NCBI GenBank assembly: GCA_965203325.1
Contig: OZ241875.1
Coordinates: 1,056,001 to 1,120,000, forward strand
Direction of reading: 5' to 3'
DNA length: 64,000 nucleotides
Source of the DNA: a bacterium
Lineage (GTDB): Bacteria; UBA8248
Made by a program: the position numbers and the translations under genes
Notes under the pieces: model-generated
What the model was told of the DNA's origin: nothing
Databases searched by the model: none
The model's input: the letters and a program-made list of their open reading frames with translations, nothing else
In this document: positions 35,503 to 45,359 of the stretch, piece after piece
How positions within the stretch are numbered: position 1 is the first letter of the stretch
Layout of the letters: the number at the start of each line of letters is the position of its first letter

Positions 35503-35554
35503 CGCGCCGGCGCATCCCGAAAAACGACCGCCCCAACCGCATCATGCGAGGCGC

Positions 35555-35975
35555 GCATTCGTCCCGCATTTCCCGCCCGCGCGGGTTGAGCGGCCTCCGG
35601 CATGCTGGGGAAGCCGACCGGCTCGTTCGGCGCGCAGATGCGGGCAGTTGCAGGCAAATGCGGTGGCGCCTGAAAAATTTTTTTTGCCGCCGGATCTGAG
35701 TGCGCGACGCTAAGATTTATATGATAACCCTTTTGATTACAGTCATTTACATAGTCAGAAATTTACAGGAAAACCCCGTCAATTTATCGATATTTATCGT
35801 ATTTTTCAGGAATTCCCATCGCGCGGAAAACGCCGGGTCCGTTCGCTTTGCTTTTTCCGAATCCATCCTGCCCAGGTCCATCGGAACTCCTCCCGTTCGC
35901 GCGCCCGATTCTGCCCCGCGCGGGCCCAAGCCCGGTAACGCCAAGTGCGGGAAAATGCGGGGGATTTGCGGGGAT
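35555..35975. repeat. Intergenic element with clusters of 10-11-bp periodic CCCGCATTT-like motifs in both orientations
   Basis: CCCGCATTTCCCGC at 35563; TGC at 35639/35649/35659; TGCGGG at 35946/35956/35967. Confidence 0.65.
35761..35803 (+). repeat. 43-bp dispersed repeat, copy 1
   Basis: 36/43 ungapped identity to 61299-61341 by manual alignment. Confidence 0.8.
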
Positions 35976-36005
35976 GATAATCCCCCGGGCGGGCGCCCGG
36001 AGGCG

Positions 36006-36962
36006 CTACCTGCCGAAGATCGCCTCGATGAAGGCGTCCGCGTCGAAATCAATGAGGTCTTCCGCCGCCTCACCCACGCCGACGTACCTTATCGGTATGC
36101 CGCTCTCGTAAGTGGCGCCCAGCGCCACGCCGCCCTTGGCCGTGCCGTCGAGCTTGGTGAGCACCAGGCCCGTCACGCCGAGCGCCGGGCCGAACTCCCG
36201 CACCTGGGAGAGGACGTTCTGCCCGGATGTCGCGTCCAATACGAGCAGCACCTCATGGGGCGCCGTATCAACGAGGCGCCCCGTGACGCGCCTGAGCTTT
36301 TTGAGTTCCTCCATGAGATTGTGTTTCGTGTGCAAGCGCCCCGCCGTATCCACGAGCAACACATCGGCGCCGCGCGCCTTCGCCGCCTGAACGGCGTCGT
36401 ACACCACGGCGGAGGAATCCGCTCCCTCTTTGTGGCGGATGATTTCGCATCCGCTCCGCTCTGCCCATGCCGTCAACTGCTCACCGGCTGCGGCCCGGAA
36501 CGTATCCCCCGCCGCGAGCATAACTTTAAGTTTTTCGGCGGAATACCGCGATGCGAGCTTGCCGGCCGTCGTCGTCTTGCCCACGCCGTTGACGCCCACC
36601 AGAAAAATGATTCTGGGCTCGTCCGCCGCAGGCTCCTTCGGCGCAAACGCAGGCGGGGATTCAGGGTTTTCAAGACAAGAGCGCATGATTTCCTGAACGC
36701 GCGTCTGCGGGTCCGACCCCGCGCCCTGCCCCGCTTTCAATTTCCCCAGCAGCGACTCGACGAGAGAGGGACCCATATCCGCCATATAGAGAACTTCTTC
36801 CAACTCCTCGAGCGTATCCTCATCGATGCGTCCCGCGACCAAACCCTTCACTTGCGCGAGAAAACCACCTCTCGTCTTCGAGAGGCCTTGGCGCAATCTG
36901 CCGAACCAGCCTTTTGCGCCGCTGTCTCTCTCTGAATTTTTCTGCTGCCCGGAACCAGACAT
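36006..36962 (-). CDS. ftsY: Signal recognition particle receptor FtsY
   Basis: GVNGVGKTTT, DTFRAAA, DTAGRLHT, TKLDGTAKGG, GVGE; ATG at 36962 preferred. Confidence 0.97.
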   Translation of the reverse strand: MSGSGQQKNSERDSGAKGWFGRLRQGLSKTRGGFLAQVKGLVAGRIDEDTLEELEEVLYMADMGPSLVESLLGKLKAGQGAGSDPQTRVQEIMRSCLENPESPPAFAPKEPAADEPRIIFLVGVNGVGKTTTAGKLASRYSAEKLKVMLAAGDTFRAAAGEQLTAWAERSGCEIIRHKEGADSSAVVYDAVQAAKARGADVLLVDTAGRLHTKHNLMEELKKLRRVTGRLVDTAPHEVLLVLDATSGQNVLSQVREFGPALGVTGLVLTKLDGTAKGGVALGATYESGIPIRYVGVGEAAEDLIDFDADAFIEAIFGR

Positions 36963-37060
36963 CAAAGGGCTTTCCTCGGCCTGCGCCAAACAAACCAACC
37001 CCGGCGACAATGCGCCGGGGTCATCTTCAACGAAACCTTTCGTGAATATACGGGACGATG

Positions 37061-40000
37061 CTACGACACACTCGTTTCCAGCACCGCTTCTCCTACGCCG
37101 TTTACCCTCTCATCCTCGCGGCTCAACTTTACCGAGACGATTTCTGAAACGCCTTTTTCTCTTTGCGTAACGCCGTAGAGGTGATTCGCGTACGACATGG
37201 TCTTTTTGTTATGGGTGATGATGATGAACTGGCTTCTGTCCTCGAGTTCGGCCAGTACTTCGCGAAAACGTCCGACGTTGGCGTCATCGAGGGTGGCGTC
37301 CACCTCGTCGAGGATACAAAACGGACTCGGCCGGACGCTGAAGACCGCGAACAAAAGAGAAATGGCGGTGAGCGCTTTCTCCCCGGCGGAGAGGAGCATA
37401 ATGTTCGAAGGACGCTTGCCCGGCGGTCTCACCTCGATGTCGACGCCCGTCTCCAGCGGGTCATCCGGATCAAGCAGGAACATGCGCGCCTCCCCTCCCT
37501 GGAAAAGACGTCCGAAAATGTCCGAAAAGGCGCTACCCACCTCCTCGAACGCCGCCAGGAAGCGGGACTTCGTCGTCTTGTTCAACTTCTCGATCGTAGC
37601 GTGGAGGTCGGCGATGGAGTTTTCGAGATCCTGCTGTTGTTCCTGCAAAAACACATATTCCTGGTTGATTTCATCGTATTCCTGCGCGGCCAGAGGGTTC
37701 ACCTCACCCATCTTGCAAAGCCTATGGTTCAGCATCTCCAGGCGATTCACAATCTCCTGGTACCGGGGAAGTTCTTCCCGCCAGTTCTCCGCCGTCTCCT
37801 CGAGATTCACCTGATATTCCGCTTCGGCGGACTCCTCCATAGATTCCCGTTGCACGCGAAGCGTCGTCCGCCGCTCCGCCGCCGCTCGAACTTCATCGCT
37901 CAGAAGAGAGGCTTTGGTTTTCATATCGCGAATCGAATCCGCCAGTTCCTCATCGCGCGATTGCATCTCCTGTAAAACGCGATCACGCTCCGCCAACTCG
38001 GCTGTCACATCCGCTTTTTCATCCTGAAGAGCGAGTATTCCCTCTTCGCTCTGCGCAACGCTCTCCGTAAGACGCTCTCTTTTTTCTCTCGATTCGCGCT
38101 GCTCTTCTTCCCTGCGAATCTTGCGAGCCGCATTCTGGGATATCCCGTCTTCTATCCGCTGGACTTCGGCCTGGCCGCCGGCCACCTGCCCGTTGATTTC
38201 CGTCAAGGCGACTTTCTTGTCCGTCACACGCGCTTCCACCTCCGAGTACCGCAGGCCGGCGCCGCTCACCTTTTTCTCGATTTCGTGGATACGCAAGCTG
38301 AATTCCTGAATCGTTTCTTCCAAACCAAGGCTTTCGTCCTTGACCGTTTGGAGAGCCTCCATGAGACGCGTCTGCTCATCGCGTATTTGCTTTTGCGCAG
38401 CTTCGAGCGTGGCCAGCCGTGTATTCAACTCTTCGTGCCTGCCTTCCGCTGCCCGGAGGGCTCCCTCCGCCTCCACGCGCATCACTTCAGCCCGCTGATA
38501 CGCCTCGGCCGCATGGCGGCTTCTTTGCTCCGCTTTCGTGAGTTGCCCGCCCAATTTCCGGGAAATCGGCTCCAATTCACGAAGTTGCGCCTCAAAATGC
38601 TCAACCTTCAGGCGCATTTCCTCACACCTTCTCGAACGCTCCAAAAGACCCTCGTTCCGGGTCAAACCGCCTTCCACCACACCATTCGCATGGATAATCT
38701 CTCCATTCAAAGTCACGCAAACGATGCCTTGGGGTCCGTTGCACCATGCCGCCTGCGCGGCATCGATGTCTTCCACCACGACAACATTGCCGAGCAGCGA
38801 CTGAGCGAGATGGCGATAACGCATGTCACAACGAACAAAATCCGTCGCCGCGCCCAGAACGCCCTCTCCCAACGGGACGACGGCGCCCGGCTGGGCATCG
38901 ACTCCAATCGGCAGGGCTACACCTCGCCCGGCTTCCGAACCCATCAGCGCGCGAACCGCGTCCACCGCGTCGCCGGGGGTATTCACGACCACGCCCAACA
39001 ACTTGTCCCCAAGGGCCGTTTCGATGGCTTTTTCGAATTTCGGATCTACACGAATGACTTCGGAGAAAGACGCCAGAACTTGAGCGCCGCAAGATCTGAA
39101 CGCTTCCGCATCCGAGATTCCGCTCTCCCCGGAACCCAAAACACCCTCCAAGGCGGAGAGGGCGGAGCGCGCCTCCATCAACGATTCTTTCGCCCCAGCC
39201 ACGGATTCCTCATGGCGGGCCGCCAACTCGGAAGTCCGCGCACACTCAGACATTGCCTGCTCAAGTTCCAGTTTTGCCTGGCCTTCAGATGCAACCAGCG
39301 ATTCCAGCCGGCTTCTCGCACCACCTGCGTCGGTTCGGGTCGATTCGAGTTGGCGCTTGACCTCCTTGATCTCGTCGCCGGTTTTTTCCATGGATTCAGC
39401 CAGTCCTTCGCGCCTCGATTCCACCGAGGCGATTTGCTGACGCGCCGCGCTCAAGCGCTCCCTTTCCTCCTCTTGGGCGCGCCTGGCCTCATCAAGCGCC
39501 CGTTCGAATTCTTTCAGGTTCTCCCGAACGGCGGCCAACTCCGCCGCGCTGACGTCATACTCCTGGCGCGCAACGCGCGATTGCTCCGTAAGCATATCGA
39601 GGGTTGCGGCAAGCTCGACTCTTTCATTTTCAAAGGCCGCGATTTCAACGTCGAGCGTCCGGATTTCCTCCGCGCGGCGCTCATCGTCCACGTCGAGTTC
39701 CGCGAGATGGTTCTTCAGCATCTCGATTCGAGTCTCCAGACGCTCCAGGCTCCCCTCCAACTTCGTCGCACGTTGGCGGGATTCCACCAAAGCCTCTGAA
39801 CGCTCCCGCAGTAAAATACGCCCGCTCTCCCTTTCGGCTTCGAGAGAAGACAATTTCGCCGACACCGTTTGCTCTTCTTCTTTGACGCGAGCGTACGCTT
39901 TTTCCGCCGGAACAAGTTTTTCCACATGTTTCAGGTAGTCGAGCGCCATGATTCTTTGGGAAAGATCGGCAACCTCGGTTTGATATTCCTTATGAAAAGT

Positions 40001-40648
40001 CGCCTTTCTCGCCTGGCGGCGCAAGGAGCGGAGACGGGATTCCTTCTCACGCATGATGTCGGCCACACGGAGCAGATTCGCCTGCGCAAGTTCCAGTTTG
40101 CGCAAGGCTTCGTTTCGCCTGCTCTTGTATTTCATGATACCGGCGGCTTCTTCAATCAGAACGCGCCTGTCCAAGGGCCTCGCGTTCACGAGGGTTTCTA
40201 TCTTGCCCTGCTCGACGATGGAGAAAGTATCGAGGGAAACACCGGTATCGAGAAACAAATCGACGATGTCTTTGAGGCGGCAAGGGTTGCGGTTGATGAG
40301 ATATTCACTTTCTCCCGAGCGATACAAGCGGCGGGTGACCACCACCTCGTCAAAATCCCTGAACGCGGGAGAGGTCACCACGCCCTTGAGATCGGTGACG
40401 GTAAGCGAGACCTCGGACATCCCGTGCTGTTTGCGTTCGGCGCTGCCGTTGAAGATGACATCCTCCATCTTCTTCGAGCGCATGTTCTTGGGAGCCTGCT
40501 CACCCAGAACCCACCTGACGGCGTCACACACATTGCTTTTGCCGCACCCGTTGGGCCCGACCACAGCCGTAAGGCCCTCGCCAATTTCGATTACGGTCTT
40601 TTCAACGAAAGACTTGAACCCCTGCATCTCCAAGCGTTGGAATCGCAA
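37061..40648 (-). CDS. smc: Chromosome segregation protein SMC
   Basis: GFKSF, GPNGCGKSN, coiled coils, hinge, LSAGE, LDEVDA. Confidence 0.96.
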   Translation of the reverse strand: MRFQRLEMQGFKSFVEKTVIEIGEGLTAVVGPNGCGKSNVCDAVRWVLGEQAPKNMRSKKMEDVIFNGSAERKQHGMSEVSLTVTDLKGVVTSPAFRDFDEVVVTRRLYRSGESEYLINRNPCRLKDIVDLFLDTGVSLDTFSIVEQGKIETLVNARPLDRRVLIEEAAGIMKYKSRRNEALRKLELAQANLLRVADIMREKESRLRSLRRQARKATFHKEYQTEVADLSQRIMALDYLKHVEKLVPAEKAYARVKEEEQTVSAKLSSLEAERESGRILLRERSEALVESRQRATKLEGSLERLETRIEMLKNHLAELDVDDERRAEEIRTLDVEIAAFENERVELAATLDMLTEQSRVARQEYDVSAAELAAVRENLKEFERALDEARRAQEEERERLSAARQQIASVESRREGLAESMEKTGDEIKEVKRQLESTRTDAGGARSRLESLVASEGQAKLELEQAMSECARTSELAARHEESVAGAKESLMEARSALSALEGVLGSGESGISDAEAFRSCGAQVLASFSEVIRVDPKFEKAIETALGDKLLGVVVNTPGDAVDAVRALMGSEAGRGVALPIGVDAQPGAVVPLGEGVLGAATDFVRCDMRYRHLAQSLLGNVVVVEDIDAAQAAWCNGPQGIVCVTLNGEIIHANGVVEGGLTRNEGLLERSRRCEEMRLKVEHFEAQLRELEPISRKLGGQLTKAEQRSRHAAEAYQRAEVMRVEAEGALRAAEGRHEELNTRLATLEAAQKQIRDEQTRLMEALQTVKDESLGLEETIQEFSLRIHEIEKKVSGAGLRYSEVEARVTDKKVALTEINGQVAGGQAEVQRIEDGISQNAARKIRREEEQRESREKRERLTESVAQSEEGILALQDEKADVTAELAERDRVLQEMQSRDEELADSIRDMKTKASLLSDEVRAAAERRTTLRVQRESMEESAEAEYQVNLEETAENWREELPRYQEIVNRLEMLNHRLCKMGEVNPLAAQEYDEINQEYVFLQEQQQDLENSIADLHATIEKLNKTTKSRFLAAFEEVGSAFSDIFGRLFQGGEARMFLLDPDDPLETGVDIEVRPPGKRPSNIMLLSAGEKALTAISLLFAVFSVRPSPFCILDEVDATLDDANVGRFREVLAELEDRSQFIIITHNKKTMSYANHLYGVTQREKGVSEIVSVKLSREDERVNGVGEAVLETSVS

Positions 40649-40718
40649 TTCAACACCTCGGCGGGCGGATGAACTTTCATTATCAGGGGGCGGTGTAGGA
40701 CACTACCAGGGCGGTAGG

Positions 40719-40731
40719 AATCAATAACTTA
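40719..40731 (+). promoter_or_regulatory. Possible IHF-binding site upstream of smc
   Basis: AATCAATAACTTA matches WATCAANNNNTTR; intergenic. Short motif, could be chance. Confidence 0.35.
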
Positions 40732-40779
40732 CCAGAATTCCCCTGCATTCGTAAAGCAAAAATATCGCATTCCGGAAAC

Positions 40780-41466
40780 TCACGGTTGCCAGGCTTCCTC
40801 AATCTTATGAACTGCTTCTTTCGCAGCTACTTGCTCGGCCGCCTTTTTGGTCGTGCCCTGCCCCCGTCCCAGCACCTTCCGACCAAGGCGGACTTCCACT
40901 TCGAATTCTTTTTCGTGCTCGGGACCACTCTCTCGAACCAGACGATAACCGGGGGGCTTATTTCCATTTCTTTGAGCCAACCGTTGGAGTTGGCTCTTGA
41001 AATCCTGGGACAGGACATCTTTTTCATTCAAGCCCGCAGCCCAGAACCATGATTCCGCCCACTGAACGCAACGGGTGTAACCGGCATCGAGATATATGGC
41101 GCCGACCAGTGCCTCGACTGCTCCCGCCTGGATGGAGGGCTTTTGCCGGCCACCCGTTTTCTCCTCCCCTTTACCCAAACGAAGGAAATCGCCCAACCCC
41201 CGGCGCCTGAAAATTCCCGCCAAAGAGCGGCCATTCACCCGTTCTGAACGCATATGGGTCAAAACACCCTCATCATCCGTCGGAAAATCCTTCCAGAGCT
41301 TTTCCGTCACGATAAGTTGCAAGACGGCATCGCCCAAAAATTCCAGCCGCTCATTATCTAAAGTGGGAGTTGAACTTTCTTGAGAAAAAGAGCGGTGCGT
41401 CAGGGCCCGGACGAGGAGTTCCCTGTTCGAAAACGAATAACCGATCTCGGCTTCGATTTCGGCCAG
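40780..41466 (-). CDS. rnc: Ribonuclease III
   Basis: ALTHRS, NERLEFLGDAVL signature, EALVGAIYLD, dsRBD. Probable CTG start at 41466 after SD AGAGGTG. Confidence 0.94.
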   Translation of the reverse strand: MAEIEAEIGYSFSNRELLVRALTHRSFSQESSTPTLDNERLEFLGDAVLQLIVTEKLWKDFPTDDEGVLTHMRSERVNGRSLAGIFRRRGLGDFLRLGKGEEKTGGRQKPSIQAGAVEALVGAIYLDAGYTRCVQWAESWFWAAGLNEKDVLSQDFKSQLQRLAQRNGNKPPGYRLVRESGPEHEKEFEVEVRLGRKVLGRGQGTTKKAAEQVAAKEAVHKIEEAWQP

Positions 41467-41530
41467 GGTAACACCTCTTGCACCGAAACCGGGGACTTTC
41501 CCGTTTCCGTGGATGGGGGAGCCTCTCTTG

Positions 41531-42808
41531 CTAAGCTGCGTTGCTTTCCGCTTTCCTGAATAAGAGCGACGCGTTGGTTCCCCCGAAGCCGAACGAGTTT
41601 GTGATGGCACAGCCGATGTCCGCTTTCCGGGCAGAGTTGGGCACATAGTCGAGGTCGCATTCCGGATCTGCAGTGTCCAGGTTAATCGTGGGAGGAATAC
41701 ACTGGTTCTTGAGCGCCAGGATGGTGTAAACCGATTCCACGCCTCCCGCCGCACCCAGAAGATGTCCGGTCATGGATTTCGTGGAACTGACACTCAGTTT
41801 GTAGGCATGCTCGCCGAATGTTCTTTTGATGGCTGTCGTTTCGAGTCTGTCTCCCGCACCGGTGGATGTACCATGCGCGTTGATGTAATCCACCTCCTCG
41901 GGCTCGAGTCCCGCATCATTCAGCGCCATGTCCATGCAGCGGGCCGCCCCGTCACCGCCGGGGTCCGGAGAGGTGATGTGATGGGCGTCGGAAGTGAGGC
42001 CATAACCACTGAGTTCGGCGTAAATCTTCGCGCCCCGCGCCACGGCGCGTTCATAGCGCTCCAGGATCATGACGCCCGCCCCCTCCGCCATCACGAATCC
42101 ATCCCTGTCCGTATCAAAGGGGCGACTCGCCCCCTCGGGATCGTCGTTACGCGTGCTGAGCGCTCGCATCGCGCAAAATCCCGCCATGGCCAACTCCGTG
42201 ATACAAGACTCACTGCCACCGGCCACCATGACATCCACCAGGCCGCGCTGAATGCACTTCATCGCGTCCCCGATGGCGTGATTCCCGGATGCGCACGCCG
42301 TGGTCGTGCAGATGTTCGGCCCCTTCAGTCCCCAGCGTATCGAAATCTGGCCGGCGGCCAAGTTCCCCACCAACATGGGGATGAAGAAGGGACTGATGCG
42401 CGTCGGCTCTCTGGTTAGTATTAATTCCTTGTTGGCCTCGATGGCGGGCAAACCGCCCAAACCCACACCGATGATGGTGCCGTATCGCGGCGCCGTTTCC
42501 TCGTCCGGCGCTTCCAGTCCAGCATCATCGAAGGCCATTTGAGAGGCCGCAAGAGCGTACTGGATGAAAGTATCCATCTTCTTGAGTTCTTTGCGGGAAA
42601 TATAATTTTCGGGCTCGAAACCTTTTATTTCGCCGCAAATCCGCGAGGCGATCCGATCCGGAGAAAACCGCGACACTTTTCCGATGCCCGAGCGGCCCTG
42701 CATCAAGGCTTCCCAGTTTTCCTCCACCGACAAGCCCAGCGGCGTAAGCAATCCGAGCCCGGTGACGACGACCCGAACATCCGACTTCACCAAATCTTGA
42801 TTATTCAT
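41531..42808 (-). CDS. fabF: 3-oxoacyl-ACP synthase II
   Basis: TACASG, NAHGTST, KSMTGHLLGAAG, NSFGFGGTN. Confidence 0.97.
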   Translation of the reverse strand: MNNQDLVKSDVRVVVTGLGLLTPLGLSVEENWEALMQGRSGIGKVSRFSPDRIASRICGEIKGFEPENYISRKELKKMDTFIQYALAASQMAFDDAGLEAPDEETAPRYGTIIGVGLGGLPAIEANKELILTREPTRISPFFIPMLVGNLAAGQISIRWGLKGPNICTTTACASGNHAIGDAMKCIQRGLVDVMVAGGSESCITELAMAGFCAMRALSTRNDDPEGASRPFDTDRDGFVMAEGAGVMILERYERAVARGAKIYAELSGYGLTSDAHHITSPDPGGDGAARCMDMALNDAGLEPEEVDYINAHGTSTGAGDRLETTAIKRTFGEHAYKLSVSSTKSMTGHLLGAAGGVESVYTILALKNQCIPPTINLDTADPECDLDYVPNSARKADIGCAITNSFGFGGTNASLLFRKAESNAA

Positions 42809-42844
42809 GCTTCCTCTTCAGATTTGCAGACCAACGGGGTTTCT

Positions 42845-43087
42845 CTAATCTCCAGGCACCTTGCCGATATAGTCGTACGCATCCTGAACCGTGGAGATTT
42901 TTTCCGCTTCTTCATCAGGTATTTCGATACCGAATTTCTCCTCAAACGCCATGACGAGCTCTACGGTATCCAGCGAGTCCGCTCCCAGATCATCGGTAAA
43001 CGAAGCTTCCGGCACCACCTTTTCAGGCTCCACGCTCAACTGTTCCACAATGATTTCTTTGATTTGTGCTTTGATTTCATCTGTCAC
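42845..43087 (-). CDS. acpP: Acyl carrier protein
   Basis: [18 protein letters not shown]. Confidence 0.97.
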   Translation of the reverse strand: MTDEIKAQIKEIIVEQLSVEPEKVVPEASFTDDLGADSLDTVELVMAFEEKFGIEIPDEEAEKISTVQDAYDYIGKVPGD

Positions 43088-43258
43088 GCCGATTCCTCCG
43101 AAAATCTTTCTGTCAAACCGGCACCGGGTCGTCCTTTCGACAAGAACTCAGACCCGATACGCATTTACACATCTGCGGGGCGTTCATCCGAATTCGATGA
43201 CTTGCTTTTTTCTTTTCCGCTCAATGTCCTCATCAACCATCATACACGGGGATGAAAT

Positions 43259-44197
43259 TCAGTTGAACTCTCCCAAGGCCGAAACTGCTTTCTCCAGACT
43301 CTGCATATCTTCCACATTGTGCACCGGTATATCCCGCAATATCCGCCTGTTCAATCCTGAGAGCACTTTCCCGGGGCCCAGTTCGACCATCACATCGGGT
43401 TTTTCCTCACCTGCCGCCCGCACGGCGTCTTCCCAGCGCACGGCGGAGCGAATCTGCCGTTTGAGCAACTCCCTTGCCTGTTTTCCCTCCCGAACGGGTC
43501 GAGCGGTCACGTTCGCGTAGACGGGGATGGAAGGATCGCCTATCTCCGTTTCATCGAGCACTTCACTCATCCGCTCCGCAGCTTCACTCAGCAAGGAGCA
43601 ATGGAAGGGCGCTCCTACCGGAAGCATAACCGCCTTCCTGGCTCCTTTGTCCGTCGCCAAGCGAGTGGCGGATTCTACCGCATCCTTGTCTCCCGACAAG
43701 ACATATTGGCCGGGGGCATTATAATTTGCAACCTCCACCACGCCTTCCACTTCCCCGCATATGGCTTCGGCCGCCTCTCTCTCTATCCCGAGCAAGGCCG
43801 CCATGGCGCCGCCGCCCGCCGGGACGGCCTCGTGCATGAAGCGGCCCCTTTTCTTCACCAACTCGACACCCTTCTGAAAATCGATGGCCCCGGCCGCCAG
43901 AAGAGCGGAGTATTCCCCCAAGCTGTGGCCCAGGGCGAGAGAAGGCCTGAAGCCGCGCTCACACAACAGGGTGCATGCGATATGGCTATGAACGAGAATG
44001 GCGGGCTGGGTGTGACAGGTGAGCGTCAACTCCGACTTGGGGCCTTCAAAGCTGAGCCTGGCGAGATCCCACCCCAGGATATCACTCGCCCGTTCATAGG
44101 CTTCCCGAGCGAATGGATACTCATCATAGAATTGTTTGCCCATGCCGACGTACTGCGAACCTTGTCCTGGAAACAAAAACGCAATTTTCACGGCCAT
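43259..44197 (-). CDS. fabD: Malonyl CoA-ACP transacylase
   Basis: FPGQGSQ, TQPAI, GHSLGEY, APFH. Confidence 0.97.
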   Translation of the reverse strand: MAVKIAFLFPGQGSQYVGMGKQFYDEYPFAREAYERASDILGWDLARLSFEGPKSELTLTCHTQPAILVHSHIACTLLCERGFRPSLALGHSLGEYSALLAAGAIDFQKGVELVKKRGRFMHEAVPAGGGAMAALLGIEREAAEAICGEVEGVVEVANYNAPGQYVLSGDKDAVESATRLATDKGARKAVMLPVGAPFHCSLLSEAAERMSEVLDETEIGDPSIPVYANVTARPVREGKQARELLKRQIRSAVRWEDAVRAAGEEKPDVMVELGPGKVLSGLNRRILRDIPVHNVEDMQSLEKAVSALGEFN

Positions 44198-44302
44198 CTA
44201 GCAACCCTTACCTATGGCATGAACGGCAAAGCTTGAATCTATTATGCTCGCGAGAAAAACAGGGCGGGGGATGAAGCGAAATCATTCCGGGCGTTCATAT
44301 CG

Positions 44303-45328
44303 TCAATTCCATTCGACCAAAGCCGCACCCCAAGTGAGGCCTCCGCCGAAAGCAGCCATGAGCACATTATCTCCGCTTCGAATTTTCCCCTCCCTCACCG
44401 ATTCATCCAGAGCAACCGGGATGGTGGCCGCGGACATATTGCCATATTTGTTAATCGTGATGACTACTTTGTCCATTGACAATTCGAGCCGTTTCGCCAC
44501 GGCTTCGATAATCCGCAGATTCGCCTGATGCGGGATAAACACGTCGATGTCATCCAAGGTAAGGCCGCTTCGCTCCAGCGTTTCCTTACAGGCTCCCAGG
44601 AAATAACGCACGGCCGTCTTGAACGTCTCCTGCCCCTTCATCTGCAATAAATGCTCTTTGTTGTGCACGTCGTCCGCCGTGATCGGGGCGAACCGCGAAC
44701 CGCCTCCCGGCACCAGAATCAACTCCCCGCCACTGCCGTCGCTGTAAACTCTCGAATCCACCACACCTCTTCTGCCATTCTCCGACGCCCCTACAACAAC
44801 GGCGCCCGCTCCATCGCCCCACAAAACGCAGGTACCCCTATCCTCCCAATTGGTCATCCGCGTCATCACGTCGGCGGAAACCAGGAGCACCTTCTTCATC
44901 ATGCCCGAACGAATATAGGCATCCGCCGCCTGAAGGCCGTAGACGAAACCCGTGCACGCCGCGTTCAAGTCGAACGCCGCGGCCCTGTGCGCGCCGATAT
45001 GCGACTGAAGCCAGCAAGCCGCGGCCGGGCACATCGTGTCCGGCGTGAGAGTGGTTACGATGATGAGGTCGATTTCCTCAGCGCTCACCCCCGCTGCTTC
45101 GAGCGCATGATTGGCGGCATGAAGCGATAAGTGGGAAGTCGCTTCGTCAGCCCTCGCCACACGCCGCTCGCTGATTCCCGTTCTCTCGCGAATCCATTGG
45201 TCGCTGGTATCGACCATCTTTTCCAGATCGGCGTTCGAGAGAACTCTTTCAGGGACGTATGAACCCGTCCCCAGGATGACGGAGTGGGTCACGGTTTGAT
45301 TCCCTATTCGGGCGAGATTACTGCTCAA
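44303..45328 (-). CDS. fabH: 3-oxoacyl-ACP synthase III
   Basis: AACTGF, GDGAGA, HQANLRI, GNMSAA, GGGLTWG. Confidence 0.96.
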   Translation of the reverse strand: MSSNLARIGNQTVTHSVILGTGSYVPERVLSNADLEKMVDTSDQWIRERTGISERRVARADEATSHLSLHAANHALEAAGVSAEEIDLIIVTTLTPDTMCPAAACWLQSHIGAHRAAAFDLNAACTGFVYGLQAADAYIRSGMMKKVLLVSADVMTRMTNWEDRGTCVLWGDGAGAVVVGASENGRRGVVDSRVYSDGSGGELILVPGGGSRFAPITADDVHNKEHLLQMKGQETFKTAVRYFLGACKETLERSGLTLDDIDVFIPHQANLRIIEAVAKRLELSMDKVVITINKYGNMSAATIPVALDESVREGKIRSGDNVLMAAFGGGLTWGAALVEWN

Positions 45329-45359
45329 ATGTGATGGTAGTCGAAAACAGGCTCAGATA

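Noticed and set aside
35700..36935. 411-aa plus-strand ORF
   Set aside because: Mostly antisense to ftsY; its N-terminus runs through the repeat-containing intergenic element.
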